A stretch of 64,000 nucleotides of DNA. Origin: Vicugna vicugna (Eukaryota). The stretch spans positions 12,011,009 through 12,075,008 of the forward strand of contig MU058781.1 in assembly GCA_013265495.1 (NCBI GenBank). The letters run 5' to 3'. Shown in pieces: positions 1 through 12,336 of this stretch. The position numbers and the translations under genes are program-made. The first letter of the stretch is position 1. Every line of letters starts with the position of its first letter. Under the pieces are notes generated by a model. The model searched no databases. It was not told where the DNA came from and saw nothing but the letters and a program-made list of their open reading frames with translations.

Positions 1-251
1 CTATTGACCTCTGTTTAGTTCTTTTTGGGTATGAACTTGTGTGTGTGTGTTTTAAAATCTATTAGTCCTAAATATTTCTACTAGCAGTGTTAATCAAACT
101 CTGTACACACGTGTGTGTGCACTAGAACCATTTTTTTCGGTGCTTTGGTTTCTGAATTACCTAGATATCTATCTGTTTGGTATTTTTACTTGGCAGCCAA
201 CTTATGTTGCAGGTTAAGATCCCCAGTGTAGGTGTAGTGGTGAGGTTGAGC

Positions 252-388
252 TTTTAATTTTTTTAAATTAAAAAAAATTTTGGGAGGGGATTAGGTTTAT
301 TGATTGATTGATTGTACTAGGGGATGAACCCAGGACCTCATGCATGCTAAGCACATGCTCTATCTACCACTGAGCTCTGCCTTCCCCC
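252..388 (-). mobile_element. Camelid tRNA-derived SINE (Vic-1 type)
   Basis: Reverse complement gives GGGGGAAGGCAGAGCTCAGTGGTAG...GAGGTCCTGGGTTCATCCCCTAGTAC (A/B boxes) and an A-rich tail; homologous to six other copies in the window. Confidence 0.85.
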
Positions 389-964
389 ACAAAGCTGAAC
401 TTCTTAGAATAATTTGTTATCCTGGAATTTCTGTTCACCATTGTCAGAAGTAATCAAAAGGGCCATAGAATCTAATTCTCTCTGAGTCAAAAACTCATTT
501 TCGAGTAGTTATGAATATGTACATTGTCAGGTATGTTCAAATGTATGCAGATTTCTCTTTCCCCAGCTGACATTAAATGTAAATCAGCTTTAATTTTTCC
601 CTTGTAATTTGTATGAAATGTTAAAATCAATGTCTGCTATTCGTTTTACTGGAGAATTAATCATCTAATTTGTAAATTGCCTTTTCTTTTTTCTTTTTGA
701 GAGGTGTGAAATTCTTGATTACAGTATTCCACAAAGTACCATATCACTAAAACCATCGATGCCTTTAAGAATATGGATTCAGCTAAGTGCTAAAAACGAA
801 CAAACAAAAAAACTTGATGTTATAACAAGCCTTTTAAAAAACAACAACATTGAATCTGTATATTAGAGATCTCTAAATGTAACAGCTGCACATAGTTTGT
901 ATGGACATTAATAAAGCTATCAGAATCAGTATTCTGAAGGGGATCCGTTATAATTTAACCACAC

Positions 965-1090
965 TCATTTACTTATTCATTCATTCAGCTGGTACTCATT
1001 GAGCATTTACAATGGGCTGGATACCAGGAGTGCAGTGAGAAAGCAAAACCAGACTTGATCTTTGCCCTCATAGTGTATCAGCGGGAGATT
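965..1090 (-). mobile_element. L2 LINE 3' end fragment
   Basis: cattcattcattcag...cattgagcatttac...tttgccctcatag resembles the L2 terminus. Confidence 0.55.
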
Positions 1091-1351
1091 AGAATATTCA
1101 AAGTAGTTTTAGTGATAGGTACGTGGTATTCTAAGACTTTGAATACTGTGGATTCCTGTAAAATACAGTGTAGTTCCTCATTCATTTAGTGCAGTTGATT
1201 TTATAGAGTAATGCTCACCACAATGTTGGATTTACTGTACTTTATTATAGATACAGACTTGTAAATATTTATACTTAAAAGTTATTTTGTTGGTGTTAAA
1301 TCTTGTGACCTGTTGTAATTTATGTGACTGTTTGATAATGTTAACTCAGTA

Positions 1352-1908
1352 CAGGCAGACCTCAGAGAGTTTCCCAGTTTGGTTCCAGACCACTACAATA
1401 AAGTGAATATTGTAATAAAGCAAGTCACACAAAATTTTTGGTTTCCCGGTGCATATAAAAGTTAGGTATACACTGCAGTGTAGTTTATTAAGTGTGCAAT
1501 AGCATTATGTCCAGAAAAACGTATATATCTTAAATGAAAAACACTTTATTGCTAAAACAAAAGTAAGTTAGCCATCAGCTGAGCCTTCAGCAAGTCTTGT
1601 TGATCTTTTTTGCTGGTGGAGGGTTTGAAATATTGCGAGAATTACCCACATATTACTTGGAGACATGAAGTGAGCAAATGCTGTTGAAAAAATGGCATCA
1701 AGAGACTTGCTCGCTGATACATGTATGTTCATGTATGACTGAAGCATCGTGCTGTGCACCAGAAATTGACACAACATTGTAAACTGACTAGACTCAAAAA
1801 AAAAAAAAAACCAGACTTGCTTGATCCAGGAAGGCCATAAACCTTCAGTTTGTTAAAAAAAAAAAAAAAAAGCAATATCTGGGAAGTGTAATAAGAAGAG
1901 GTATGCGT
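1352..1908. mobile_element. Tigger1-derived internally deleted DNA transposon (TcMar-Tigger)
   Basis: TA|CAGGCAGACCTC...GAGGTATGCG terminal inverted repeats; internal ggttccagaccactacaataaagtgaatattg and gagccttcagcaagtc match recalled Tigger1 ends. Confidence 0.85.
1712..1812 (+). mobile_element. 5'-truncated L1 3' end with poly(A), inserted in the Tigger1 element
   Basis: gctgtgcaccagaaattgacacaacattgtaaactgact plus A15, flanked by AGACTTGCT at 1703-1711 and 1813-1821. Confidence 0.85.
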
Positions 1909-2243
1909 ATAGTCTCTTCAGGTCTGTGGTTACTCAGTAAAAATTTTAATGTGAGGAAAAAGCTTCGTGGCTGAAGATTCTGTAAACAGAGTTCCATATG
2001 TGCATTTAATGTGATTCCGTAATGTGAAAAGATATAACAAACAGAGGTGCTTGGGTTTACCTGTGAGGGGATGAGGGCCGGACGGGACTGGGAATGAGCT
2101 GCCCTGAGTGAGATGCAGAACCAGGTGCTAATGCACAAACCGTCGCCCGCAGTGCTGACAACAGCAGCGGGAAGGTGTCATTGTCCCTATTTTATGGCTG
2201 AGGAAATGGAAGCTCAAAGATAAGTAATTTGTCAAAAGTCCCT

Positions 2244-2700
2244 GTCGCAGGTTGGATTTTCTGGGAAGCCAACTTGGAGATGGAGCTTAGCACGTGGGAC
2301 ACTTATGAGGAAGGGCTCTTGGAATCCTGCCTCCGGAGTGGGAGGCGGGAGGACAGCAGGGTAGGACAGAGGGGAAGTTGAACTGGGGCCGTGATGGTGA
2401 AGGGGTCAGTGGACCCAATGGGAGCTTGGTAGCTGGAGTGGCCCTTCACAGAGCTGCCCTGAGTTGGGGGCAGGAGGCTGGGCCTTTGTATCCCTGTGTT
2501 GACCAGTCCTTGGATACAGGCTGCCCCTGAAAGCTGATGTAACCTTGGACGAGGCACTTTTCTTCAGCTGAGACCGTTCCAAAAGGGGAGTGATGGCCAC
2601 GGGGACTCTGGGAGGTGCACTGCAGCCTCCACCTCTGTCAGCAGGGGACACCGGCTCAGCCCTGTTCCTAAACCCACGTCGCATCCCAATGCACCCAGAG
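2244..2700. mobile_element. ERVL-class solo LTR relic (LTR16/LTR33-like), adjoining a MIR fragment at about 2170-2243
   Basis: Starts TGT; ctgggaagccaacttggagatggagcttagc...ggacagaggggaagttgaactg...gggcctttgtatccctg resembles the recalled consensus; right end approximate. Confidence 0.6.
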
Positions 2701-5125
2701 GGCCAGAGGGAGACCCTCAATTTTAGAGAGTTGAGGATCAGTAGCTGTAAGAGAATAAGCTAACGAAATGCAACTTCTTTTGAGAGTAACACTAAGTATT
2801 TTACAGAAGTCCCCCACTTAATTTGGGTTCTTCAAAAGCAACACAAAGAACAGAATTGGTTATTTCAGAGTTGGTTTTTCCCTGGAGGCTCTTTTCCATC
2901 TATGTTAAAGTAGTTCCAGGGGTTTTAATGAACATGGTGACACTGTTCCTTAGTGTTTCCTAAAATTACCAGAACAGTGTTGTTCTTGCTTGTCCCAAGG
3001 ATGCTGCCAGCTCCAGCGTCACTCAGAGTGAGGTGCGAGCCCACATTTACTGCTCATTCTTACTCTTTCACCTCCTCTTCCCTGTGCCCGCCTCCCTCCC
3101 TGCCACGTCGTTCCCCTTCTCCCAGACCCCATAGCCCTGGCCAAGTGTTTTTAATAAAGCTTTTAAAATGGATGGCTGTGCTACTCCAAAATTAAAACTA
3201 GCATTGTATATCCAGAGCTGGGGAAATGAAATGCAAATTCTTCTCTTAAGCAGTTTGGCACTAATGATTGAGGGTCAGATTGCCAAGGCAGTTTACAGTA
3301 GGTTAAAAGAAACAACGCACCTTGTGATAAAGTTTCCCCCCTGTGCCTTTGATGCTTTGTTGTTCTGTTCTGTTTTGTTTTGTTTTGTTTTGTTTTACTA
3401 GGGGCATTTCCTATGGGTGATTTCTATTTCCTTGTCTCATGAGTCATTACCTCTTAATCACTGACCTTCTACAGTTAGGTATCTGAAAGGATGCCTATTT
3501 ATTTCCTTGGCCTTAATCTACACATCAGAAAAGTAAGAATTTTTCCTCTGTCTAAGCATTATAAAAATACAATGTTAAAATCTGTAGCTAAATCCTAGAA
3601 ACTTAAAACTTACAAATCAAGGGACTTCTTTGGTACTGTCCTAACTGTCATTTTTTGGATGAGAGCTAGAGACCCAGAGAGAAAAGATGAAGTGCTTAAG
3701 CCCACCCCCCCTCCGTGGTCAGTAAGAGAGTTAGGGACCTGGGGACTGGCCTTTTGGTTCTCAGTTCCAAGAGCTTTCAGTGGCTCAACACTGCCCCCAA
3801 GAAAGAAAGGGTGAAAAGGCACTTTTTTAAGAAGAGCAACGCTTTAATAAGTAATTGAACAGAGCCTTGCACACAGGTGAGATATGCCCAACCTTTGGAA
3901 CTGGATTAAAGGAAGGAAGAGAAACGCCCTTCCCTGCGGCCTCCTTGCTGACAGGGAGGGTTTTGTAGTAGAAGCAGCCACGCTCTTGTGCTCTGCCCAG
4001 CTCAGGAGTTCTCTCTCCGTGGATGAGGCCAGAGACTCACTGGAAAAGGAGAATCTCCGAGACTTTGGCATGAAGTAATCCCCTACCTTCCCACCTCCCC
4101 CTTACCCTGGGAGGTTTTTGGAGAATGCTGGGCAGAGGTGCTTTTCCTGGGAACGTTGAGAACAGGTCATCCCACCCCCAGGTGACAGGTGTCTTCCTTC
4201 TGCTCTCTTGTATTTACGATTGTCTTCCTTGTATTACGGTTATTTGCACACATATTTATGTCTTTTGCTTGAGCTCAAATCCTCTCATGCTCTCCTCACA
4301 GCATCTAGTTGAGGGTCTTTGGTCCTTTTGGTGGAATGTAATGGATGTGGGTGCACCTGTGAAATTTTTGTTTCAAGCCTCTTCAGTGATGTTGAACTTC
4401 ATAGAACTGACTTGTGAAAGTGAAATCGATTCGTATTCTTAGAGATGAGATCCGTCTGAGTAGCCCAGTCTCCTCGATATGCAGATAAGAAAATTCCTTT
4501 GCAGAGCAGTGATGGGGTTGATCCTGGGACCAGCCGGTAATTGGATAGACAGGCGGGATCCCATCCTCAAACTCCAGACTTGAGTCTCATCTCTCGTGTT
4601 GTTACACCCTCACCCATCCCACCGCTGTCAGTCCTGTAGTAAACTCATCTAGATATAATTTCCCATCCTGGAATCTTCTGGAGCCTGCCTTCCTCAGTTA
4701 CATACTCAGTAGGGAAAACTAGCTTTACTTTGCTACTCAAATAACAATTGCCTAATAATGTTCTAAACATTATTAAAGGTGTGCTCAAGCAGATGCAGGT
4801 GGGAATTTAACTGTAATGAACACAGTTTAATTTCAGTGTGCAGTTAGGGACCCTGCTGGCTTATTTGCATAGGAATAGCAATCCTGTCGGGTTTTACATC
4901 TGTGATGGACCTGCTCTGTGTCAAACAGAAGAATGTTGCCATGTCATTTTTGTCACCACTGTTGGTCGGCAGAAATGCAGTTGGCATGTTAAGAAGTGAG
5001 ATGGTACTTGACCTATGATTTAGAAAAAGCGTCCCTCTTTGTCTGGGCTTTATCTGGTGTACTTAGAAATTTTCAGTGCAACGTGTGAAATTTTTATCTA
5101 ATGCATGTGTGTTTCCTCCCCTCAG

Positions 5126-5195
5126 AGCGCTGTTATTGGGCCTGGCTTGTAATCATAACTTGAAGGGGGTCTCTCTTGATCTCAGCGGCTGTGAG
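5126..5195 (+). CDS. CARMIL1: CARMIL1 coding exon, 70 nt, phase 2-0: (K)[23 protein letters not shown]
   Basis: tttcctcccctcag|A GCG CTG...TGT GAG|gtaaga; LRR motif LDLSxCxL. Confidence 0.95.
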
Positions 5196-6039
5196 GTAAG
5201 AACACCTTTGGACTGTGTACTGTGATAGATAGTAGCCTGAAAATTGCTTTGTCTTTTTCCTGGAAAAAGTGTGAACGTGTGATTCTAGAGGGTATAAATG
5301 AAGCAGAAAAACCCGCATTGTAGACGTTTCTGATCTTCTGTATTTTGCAAGTTTTATCTACAAGCAACCGTGGAACACCATTCAGAAAGCACTCAGATGG
5401 GTTTTTAATGACCCTTTCCCCTCCTTCTTCGTGCCAGTGGCTTAAGTATTTTATGATGAAGCTTTGAGATTTAAAAAGTTTCAACTAGCTTTACGGTCAG
5501 GAAAAGCGTACCGTACAGCTTTCCTTGTAGGGGACAGACGTGTGTAACCTAGCTTGGATTTGGAGAGTGGGAAAGGGAATGTCTGGCTCGTCACTAATTT
5601 TACTTTTTAACACTTTGATTTAAAAAAGGACAATCAAAATGTTTCTCTAAATTATGTCAACTCTAAACGCTTTCTATCAAAGAACACGTAGCGAAGAACT
5701 GAGACTAAAGTCTTCTGCATGTTAGAGGGTGCCTGACCTGTTTCACTGTCTTGAAACTTTCAGTTTGTGTGGAGATTAGTAAGAAGATGCCCGGGTATCA
5801 ACTGTCCAGCCCGTTCAGAGCCTGACTTTACCCAACATGTCGAACTGGGTGTCTTTTCTCAGGACTGGGGGTGGGAGTCTCTTTATTCCTACTCCTGGGC
5901 CTTTATCCCCACTGTTCTCTTCCCGAAACACTCTAGCCACATCCCGCTTCTTCCCCAAGGCCTCCCTCCCTTTGAGGATCTAGTTCAAGTCTAGTCTCCT
6001 CCATACCTGCATCAGACTTTTAGTGTTCGATCTGAGTCT

Positions 6040-6220
6040 GGCCACGACTAGCCGTCCAGTCCTGGATGAGTTAGTTGATTTCACTGCATCTCAGTGTCTG
6101 CATTTGCAAAATGGAGGCAATGTTCGTGCCTCTCCCAGTGGGTGGTTTTGAGGTTTAAAAGAGCTCTTCTTTGAAACGTGCTGCTTAGAGTGTCTGGTAC
6201 CTACAAAGGTTGTTCAAGCT
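6040..6220 (+). mobile_element. MIR SINE
   Basis: tctcagtgtctgcatttgcaaaatggag...gtgctgcttagagtgtctggtac is MIR core-like. Confidence 0.6.
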
Positions 6221-8190
6221 TCTTGCTCATGTACCTGTTGAATTTCTTCCTTGACTGCTTCAGCCCTTTGTGGTGTTTTTTTCCGAATTGTCTAATACTT
6301 AATGATGGTGACATGCACTTGGACACTGAAGCACACAGTGCCTTCTTGCACAGTTATTAAATTGGCCCCTGTATGCTTTCCCAGCTAGGTTGTGACTTTC
6401 TGGAGGGAGGAAACTTATTTGTGTCTTACTTTGCTTTATGTTTCCCATAGCTGCTAACAAAATGCCAAGAACCAAGCCAACACTAAGTATTGAAGAGTAA
6501 TACAAATTCCAGAAACTGGCGAGTCTGAAATCATCCAATTTGGATTATTACTGTAGGATTTTAAAATTAATTTTGAGTCGAGGTAACTGTGTGTGATCAC
6601 ACACCAACTGTGTGTGATTTACTAGTGTTTTTGTTTGGGGGCAGGGAGAGAAAACCCCTAAAAAACCTAACCTGGCATTGTGAAATTCTCATGTGTTAAT
6701 CTGTGCTCTTTTATTTATAAAGTCAGACTGTAAAATAGATACCAGTTCTGGTAATATGAATTAGCTATCTGTTTACCAGCACTTTAGTTAAGGGCATGCC
6801 AATAATAAAAACTTTTATGAGGGAGGGAGTAAGAAGAATGGAGATGGAAAGAGTTAACTCTATCAAAAAAAGCAAGTTGGTATAAACTTGATTGCTCTAT
6901 TAGGTCAAATTACTGAATTAGCTGTGACCCATATGTTTTCCTGTCCTGATTAAAGATCATGATTGCTAACAGTATAACATCATTCATTTAATTCTGTGAT
7001 CAAAACTAGAATAGACAATGATCATCTGATTCCCACGGAGGTCTAAAGAAGTTGAAATAATCCAGCTCACTAAGGGCAGAGTCATAATAAAAGCATGCTC
7101 TCCTGATTATTGTTAACACTGGTAGTTATTAGAATATTATGTGAATAGACATTTTCTTCTGAAATAAGTTGACAGGCCCCATATGTCCAAAGAACACTGT
7201 TAGATTATTATACAGCTTGTTCTTTAAACTCCTTTGTGAGCCTGTGGGAAATAACTTTCAAAAATAGTTATATTTAGTGAGCCATATAAAACTGACATTT
7301 TTGTAAGTCAAAAATGGCAGACTGTTGGCAATTTTATGATTCCACAAATGGCTGGTAGACTTCTTCCATTATAACTTTTTCTTATTAAGGCAGGAATCCA
7401 GATCTGATAGTGGGATTGGCCACTATTGTGATGATAATTCCAGCTTCATTTTGGCCTTTCCTTTATGAATTATATGATAAAATGATGCCACTGAGATGGG
7501 GAACCCTTAAAACTGCCATCTTAAAAAACCATATTCTTCCATCATCTTACAGCTTGAATCACAATCCTGGTGACCACGTTTATAAAGTCACACATTATAC
7601 GTGCTGCTCATGAAAATTAATGAAACACAAAATCATTTTTCTAAATTAAGGAGTCTTGTTACATTTTTTCCTCTTAAAGCTGGATGTCCAGATTTAACTA
7701 GGTTTCACTTTGCTTGTCTCCATGATACAGTAAACCTCTCTCCTATAAATGTCCTTAGAGTTACAATGTTATCTGTGTAGAATGCTTGGCACCTTGAGTA
7801 TTAACTACAACTCTTTAAATCAGTACTTCAGAGTTTATGTAATACTCTGGGAAAAAAAGCTTTCACTAACTTGGAAATTTAAAATTATGCATGTGTGTAT
7901 TTTTTTCTGTTCATTCTCTATTCAGCCACAGTACACACAGTCTTCTCTACTCTTAGCGGGCCAGTCAAAACCATGGAAGAACTCATCACTTAACCTTCTC
8001 TGATGATCAGATAGATGCCCCCACTTATGGTGGTGGGGAATGAAACTTCACTCTGATGGCATTATCATCTTGGGAAGTCATTTCCTTGGGGATGACTTAC
8101 TCAAGATGAGGGGCTGACGGATCTGAAAGGAGTTAAATGTCTAACTGATGTAATACTGGGAGTTTGGGATGTGGGCACTATGTGTGTTCA

Positions 8191-8204
8191 GCGCCCCCTA
8201 CAGA
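8191..8204 (-). promoter_or_regulatory. CTCF-like motif (weaker)
   Basis: Minus strand TCTGTAGGGGGCGC(TG) versus consensus CCASYAGRKGGCRS; two 5' mismatches. Confidence 0.35.
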
Positions 8205-10321
8205 TGCCTCAAAATACAACAGTCTACCCAAACCGTGGAAGCAAAGAATGGAGGTGAAATACCCTGAAATCTTTTTTCATATTTATAAATAGATCACTTA
8301 CTTTATTATAAAATAGCTGCTCTCCACTGATTAACTTTAAAATCAGGTTTATGTGGGTGTCATAGAAAGTAAAGGACTATCATCTAAGTTTATTGGGAGG
8401 AGAAAGTAACCTTGAAGTGGGAATTAAAATTGTCTAGACAGGAAACTTAGAATAACTTTGTTTAAGCAAATTATTTTGTTTTTACCACTTACTGGTTTCT
8501 TTACTGTTCGTGTTTACCTTTCCTGGTGAGTTATCTTTGTCGCATTTGGGGGCTATTTCCGTATTGCCCTGAAGGAGGCATTTCACATTCATCAATTTGA
8601 ATGAAAGAGATTTACACTCCATGCCATTTTTTTTTAAAAGCATCGTGCAAATATAAATTATGGAGTTGCTTTCCTACAACACAAATATCATTGTTATTTA
8701 GAAACTTAAATCCGAAATTTGGGGCTGTAATCTTTTGATCTGTGAGGGCTCACCTAGTCAGGACTGAAATTTAACCTTATTTACAGATAACTTCTGTGCT
8801 TAGAGAAAACACTTACCTGTTTCATATTTATTGTGATAACATTTCATTTTCTTTCCCTTGGTCTTCTAGTACCAAAAGGAGTAATCTTTTTTTCTTTGCG
8901 AAAAATGAGCAAATGACTCAAAGTAGTTAAGTGAGGCAAAAGAGTGTCATAGCGAAGGGCAGACACTTTGGAATCCAAAAGGCCCCCTTTGGAACCTGGC
9001 TCAGCCACTTGGCTTATCAGGTGGTTTCCCTTCTTCCAGGCTTTTTCACCCATGGAATGGGGCTTATACTGTATCCACCGGGAACTGGTTCCAGCAGCTG
9101 CCTTAGGCATCAAAATCTGCAGGTGCTCAGGTCCCTCATATTAGATGGCAGAGTTCAGTGAATCCAGCTGTCCTTCCATATCTGCGGGTTTCTCATCCAC
9201 AGATTAAACCAACTGAGGATTGAAATTCTGCGAAGGGCGGATTGACAGTTTGCAGGGCTAGTATTTGGCATGATGCTAAGCCTGGGATACATGAACTGTT
9301 ATCTGGGGAGGAACGGGGTTACCACAGAGGAGGCTTATTTTCAATGTCAGAAATCACAGCATGGGTCAGTATTGCTTTTCTAAAAATTTGTATTTAGAAG
9401 CCTTAAATTATTCTACCTTTCCTAAACATTATTTTTAAAAAGTTTACCTTCAAAGCTATTTTAGATCTTTCAAGAAGACTTAGTCTCATCAATTTATAGG
9501 GACACCTGATTTTGGATACAGAGCAGTATTACCCCTCTATGGCCAGACTTGCCTCTGAATGGCCTCTGGCTGATCCTAATTCCCTCTCAAAGCATAAGGA
9601 CTTGGTGTCTGTGCAGATGTTCAAAGAAGTGTGTGTGTTCCACTGCCCTCAAAGTTAGTTCCGGAAGCGTTAGGAACCTGTTTTGTATAGTGGTAGTGAT
9701 GTTGGTGTTCACAAGTGTTCTCCCCCGAACCCCTCTGCCTGAAAGGAGCAAAGTATATGCATTCTGGCCTGGGTTTAAGATCTTATTACTTCCTAGTCAT
9801 CCTTCAAGAGAAGAAGAAATAAGTGCTGGCACCGAATTCTTCAAGCTTAATCTCCTTCCAAGAGAGAGAGGAATTTCTCTAAGACTTCAGAGAAAATGCA
9901 AAGGCTAATTATAGCTGAGGATTTGTTGCGTGTCTGGATGTGGGAGTTGGTTCTTTTAAAGAAAAACTTTCCTGCACGCGATTCCACATTCATTGCAAGG
10001 TGCTTTGATGATGGGTAGAAAAAAAGAGCATCCAATATTAAAATTTGTAACGAGGAGGATCTCGCAGCAAGGGACTGGTAACTTGTGAGGCAGTTCCATT
10101 CGATTTGATAGTCACTGAGCCAGCTTTGAGGGGAGAACGTGGGTTTGCTTGTGTGCATTGTGAGTCATTGCTGCACCCCTCACTGTCCCTGTCCTGTCAG
10201 GCTGGGCATGGAATGCAAAATGAAAAACGCTGCAGTGCAGGATGGGTGTATAAAGCCATATAATACGTGCAGCTATTTAGAAATGCAACCATCTCCATTC
10301 TCTTGGAAATGACTGTATATA

Positions 10322-10537
10322 CAGTTGACTCTTGAACATCATGGGTTTGAACTGCATGGGTCCACTCATATATGGAGTTTTCACTAAATACCTACTATAG
10401 TACTACATGGTAGTTGGTTGAATGAGCTCATGGGGAAGGAACCATGGTTACTGAGGGCAATTGTAAAGTTATACTCGGATTTTTGATTGTGTGAAGGCTA
10501 TGCTCCTAACTCCCCTGAGTCGTTCAAGGGTCAATTG
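10322..10537 (+). mobile_element. Tigger2a-like MITE
   Basis: TA|CAGTTGACTCTTGAAC...GTTCAAGGGTCAATTG terminal inverted repeats, followed by (TG)n. Confidence 0.85.
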
Positions 10538-10556
10538 TGTGTGTGTGTGTGTGTGT
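10538..10556. repeat. (TG)n microsatellite
   Basis: tgtgtgtgtgtgtgtgtgt directly after the MITE end. Confidence 0.9.
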
Positions 10557-10749
10557 ATTTCTTAGGTTCTAAATTGCCTTACGGGATCAAACCTTGCTAG
10601 CAAGATGACATGTTGAACTGGATCTTGTCAAATCATTTTTTGTTCTTGGAGAAATCTCTGGTGTTCACAGTTTTATGTGAGAAAACTTCCCAGGATAGAA
10701 AATTATTTTTTATTAAAAATGGAACCCCTATAGAAGAAAAGTGATGAGT

Positions 10750-10903
10750 GGGGGAGGGTATAGCTCAGTGGTAGAGTGCATGCCTAGCATGCACGATGTC
10801 CTGGGTTCAAGCCCCAGTACCTCCATTAAAAATAAATTAAAAAACCTCATCCCCCCCAAAGATTAATTAAAAAATAAATAAATATAAAAAATTAACTGTT
10901 AAA
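10750..10903 (+). mobile_element. Vic-1-type SINE with 11-bp TSD
   Basis: GGGGGAGGGTATAGCTCAGTGGTAGAG...GGTTCAAGCCCCAGTACCTCC plus A-rich tail; AAAAGTGATGA at 10737-10747 and 10904-10914. Confidence 0.92.
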
Positions 10904-11615
10904 AAAAGTGATGAATAGAGGAGATGTTTTATATTTAAATCTGTAATATTTGCCACCTCTTTTTAAATGGCAAGTGTTCTTGGGGAAGGAAACTGAATTA
11001 TTCAAAGTTTTCTACATTTTAGCTTTCCTTGCTTCTTGTCCATGAGGATAAATACGGGTATTTGAGTACTAGGTAGAACTATTCACTTAGAACTATGAGT
11101 AACAGCTGAAGTGTTCTACCCTCCTTGCGTGAGAGGACACTTCTCTCTTAAAGGAAATGTGGTTTTATTTTTAACATTTCATAAAGTATTCAGTGATTGA
11201 ATTACATTTGCTCCTCTTTGATCTTGCTTTTAAATAATGCTAGTGTGTGAGATCCAAATGAGGGTAATTTGAAAACAAGTTTTACATGCATACATACAGA
11301 CACAGCCTGTAATTATGCAAACTCATTTAGAAGGATTTTCATTTACAGTAATGGAAAAGCTTTTTACTGTTTTGGGAAAGCGTTCACTTTGGGGGAATTT
11401 TAGGCATCTAATAACCTGTGAATTCAATTGAATGTTCTTGGTAACTAAAGATAAGCTGTTTTCTTATTTAAGTTTTTGATTTTTATGTAGGGAATATACT
11501 TTAGGTGAAGTGCTTTTTTTACATGGTATGTGGTGGTGTGAGACTTCGCTCGTCTGTCCTTACTCTGCTTGCTGCTGATAACGTTTTTTGTTTTTTCTCC
11601 TTGTGCTTTCCTTAG

Positions 11616-11627
11616 CTTGGCCACTGT
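11616..11627 (+). CDS. CARMIL1: CARMIL1 12-nt microexon, phase 0-0: LGHC (probably alternative)
   Basis: Long pyrimidine tract ...tgctttccttag|CTT GGC CAC TGT|gtaagt, in frame between the ...CE and LRSGG exons. I recall CELGHCLRSGG in mouse Carmil1. Confidence 0.85.
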
Positions 11628-12038
11628 GTAAGTACTTCATGAATTACTATATTAGGAAATATTGATACTCTTTAGTATTGGAAAATGTTAGTATTATGGG
11701 TTTATGCTACAAATGTCAGTCAGGAGTATTTGTAAAATAAACAGAATCGAGCACTGCAATCTCACCTTTATTTTCCATTTTCACAAGTGGAATAATTTTA
11801 CCATACACTATAAGAAGAAGTAGAGATTTTCTTGTAGAAATTTGACTTCTCAACAGAGACATCACTGACAGCAAATAATGAAATTGTAAAGGCTTATGCA
11901 CTTAACTTTTATCTCCTCAAAGGCATAATTTTTTTTCATGCTCTGAAAATCATGTTTCTTTGACGTGTTTGCCTAAATTATTTTTTGCTTTCACTTTGAT
12001 AGACCCTACATACACATTCACTTCTTCACAACCTGGAG

Positions 12039-12336
12039 CAGTGTTTCTCAAAACTATTCATGAGGAACGTGGTTGTCATTAGTTTTTTAATTTCCAAGCT
12101 ATCATAAACCAGTAGTTTGGCAAAAATGGAATAAAAATGAATTACTAGAAAGATTTAAAAAGATATAAAAAAATACAAGCCCTCCATTTTTATTATTAGA
12201 GGCACCCAGCCTAAAATTATTCTTACTAAGGTTTCTGAAATATTTATAGTCAATTTCTATACTTACTTAATCACATTCAGTGACAAACTTGACAGACTGC
12301 CCCCAGTCCGTGGTCCTCTCTTTGGGTAGTAGGGTG
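12039..12336. mobile_element. hAT-Charlie-like MITE (subfamily not assigned)
   Basis: CAGTGTTTCTCAAA terminus and aataaaaatgaattactagaaag body; a related element lies in opposite orientation near 50410-50656. Confidence 0.55.

Noticed and set aside
10750..10825. tRNA gene call for the SINE heads
   Set aside because: A-rich tails, TSDs and seven diverged copies identify them as tRNA-derived SINEs, not tRNA genes.
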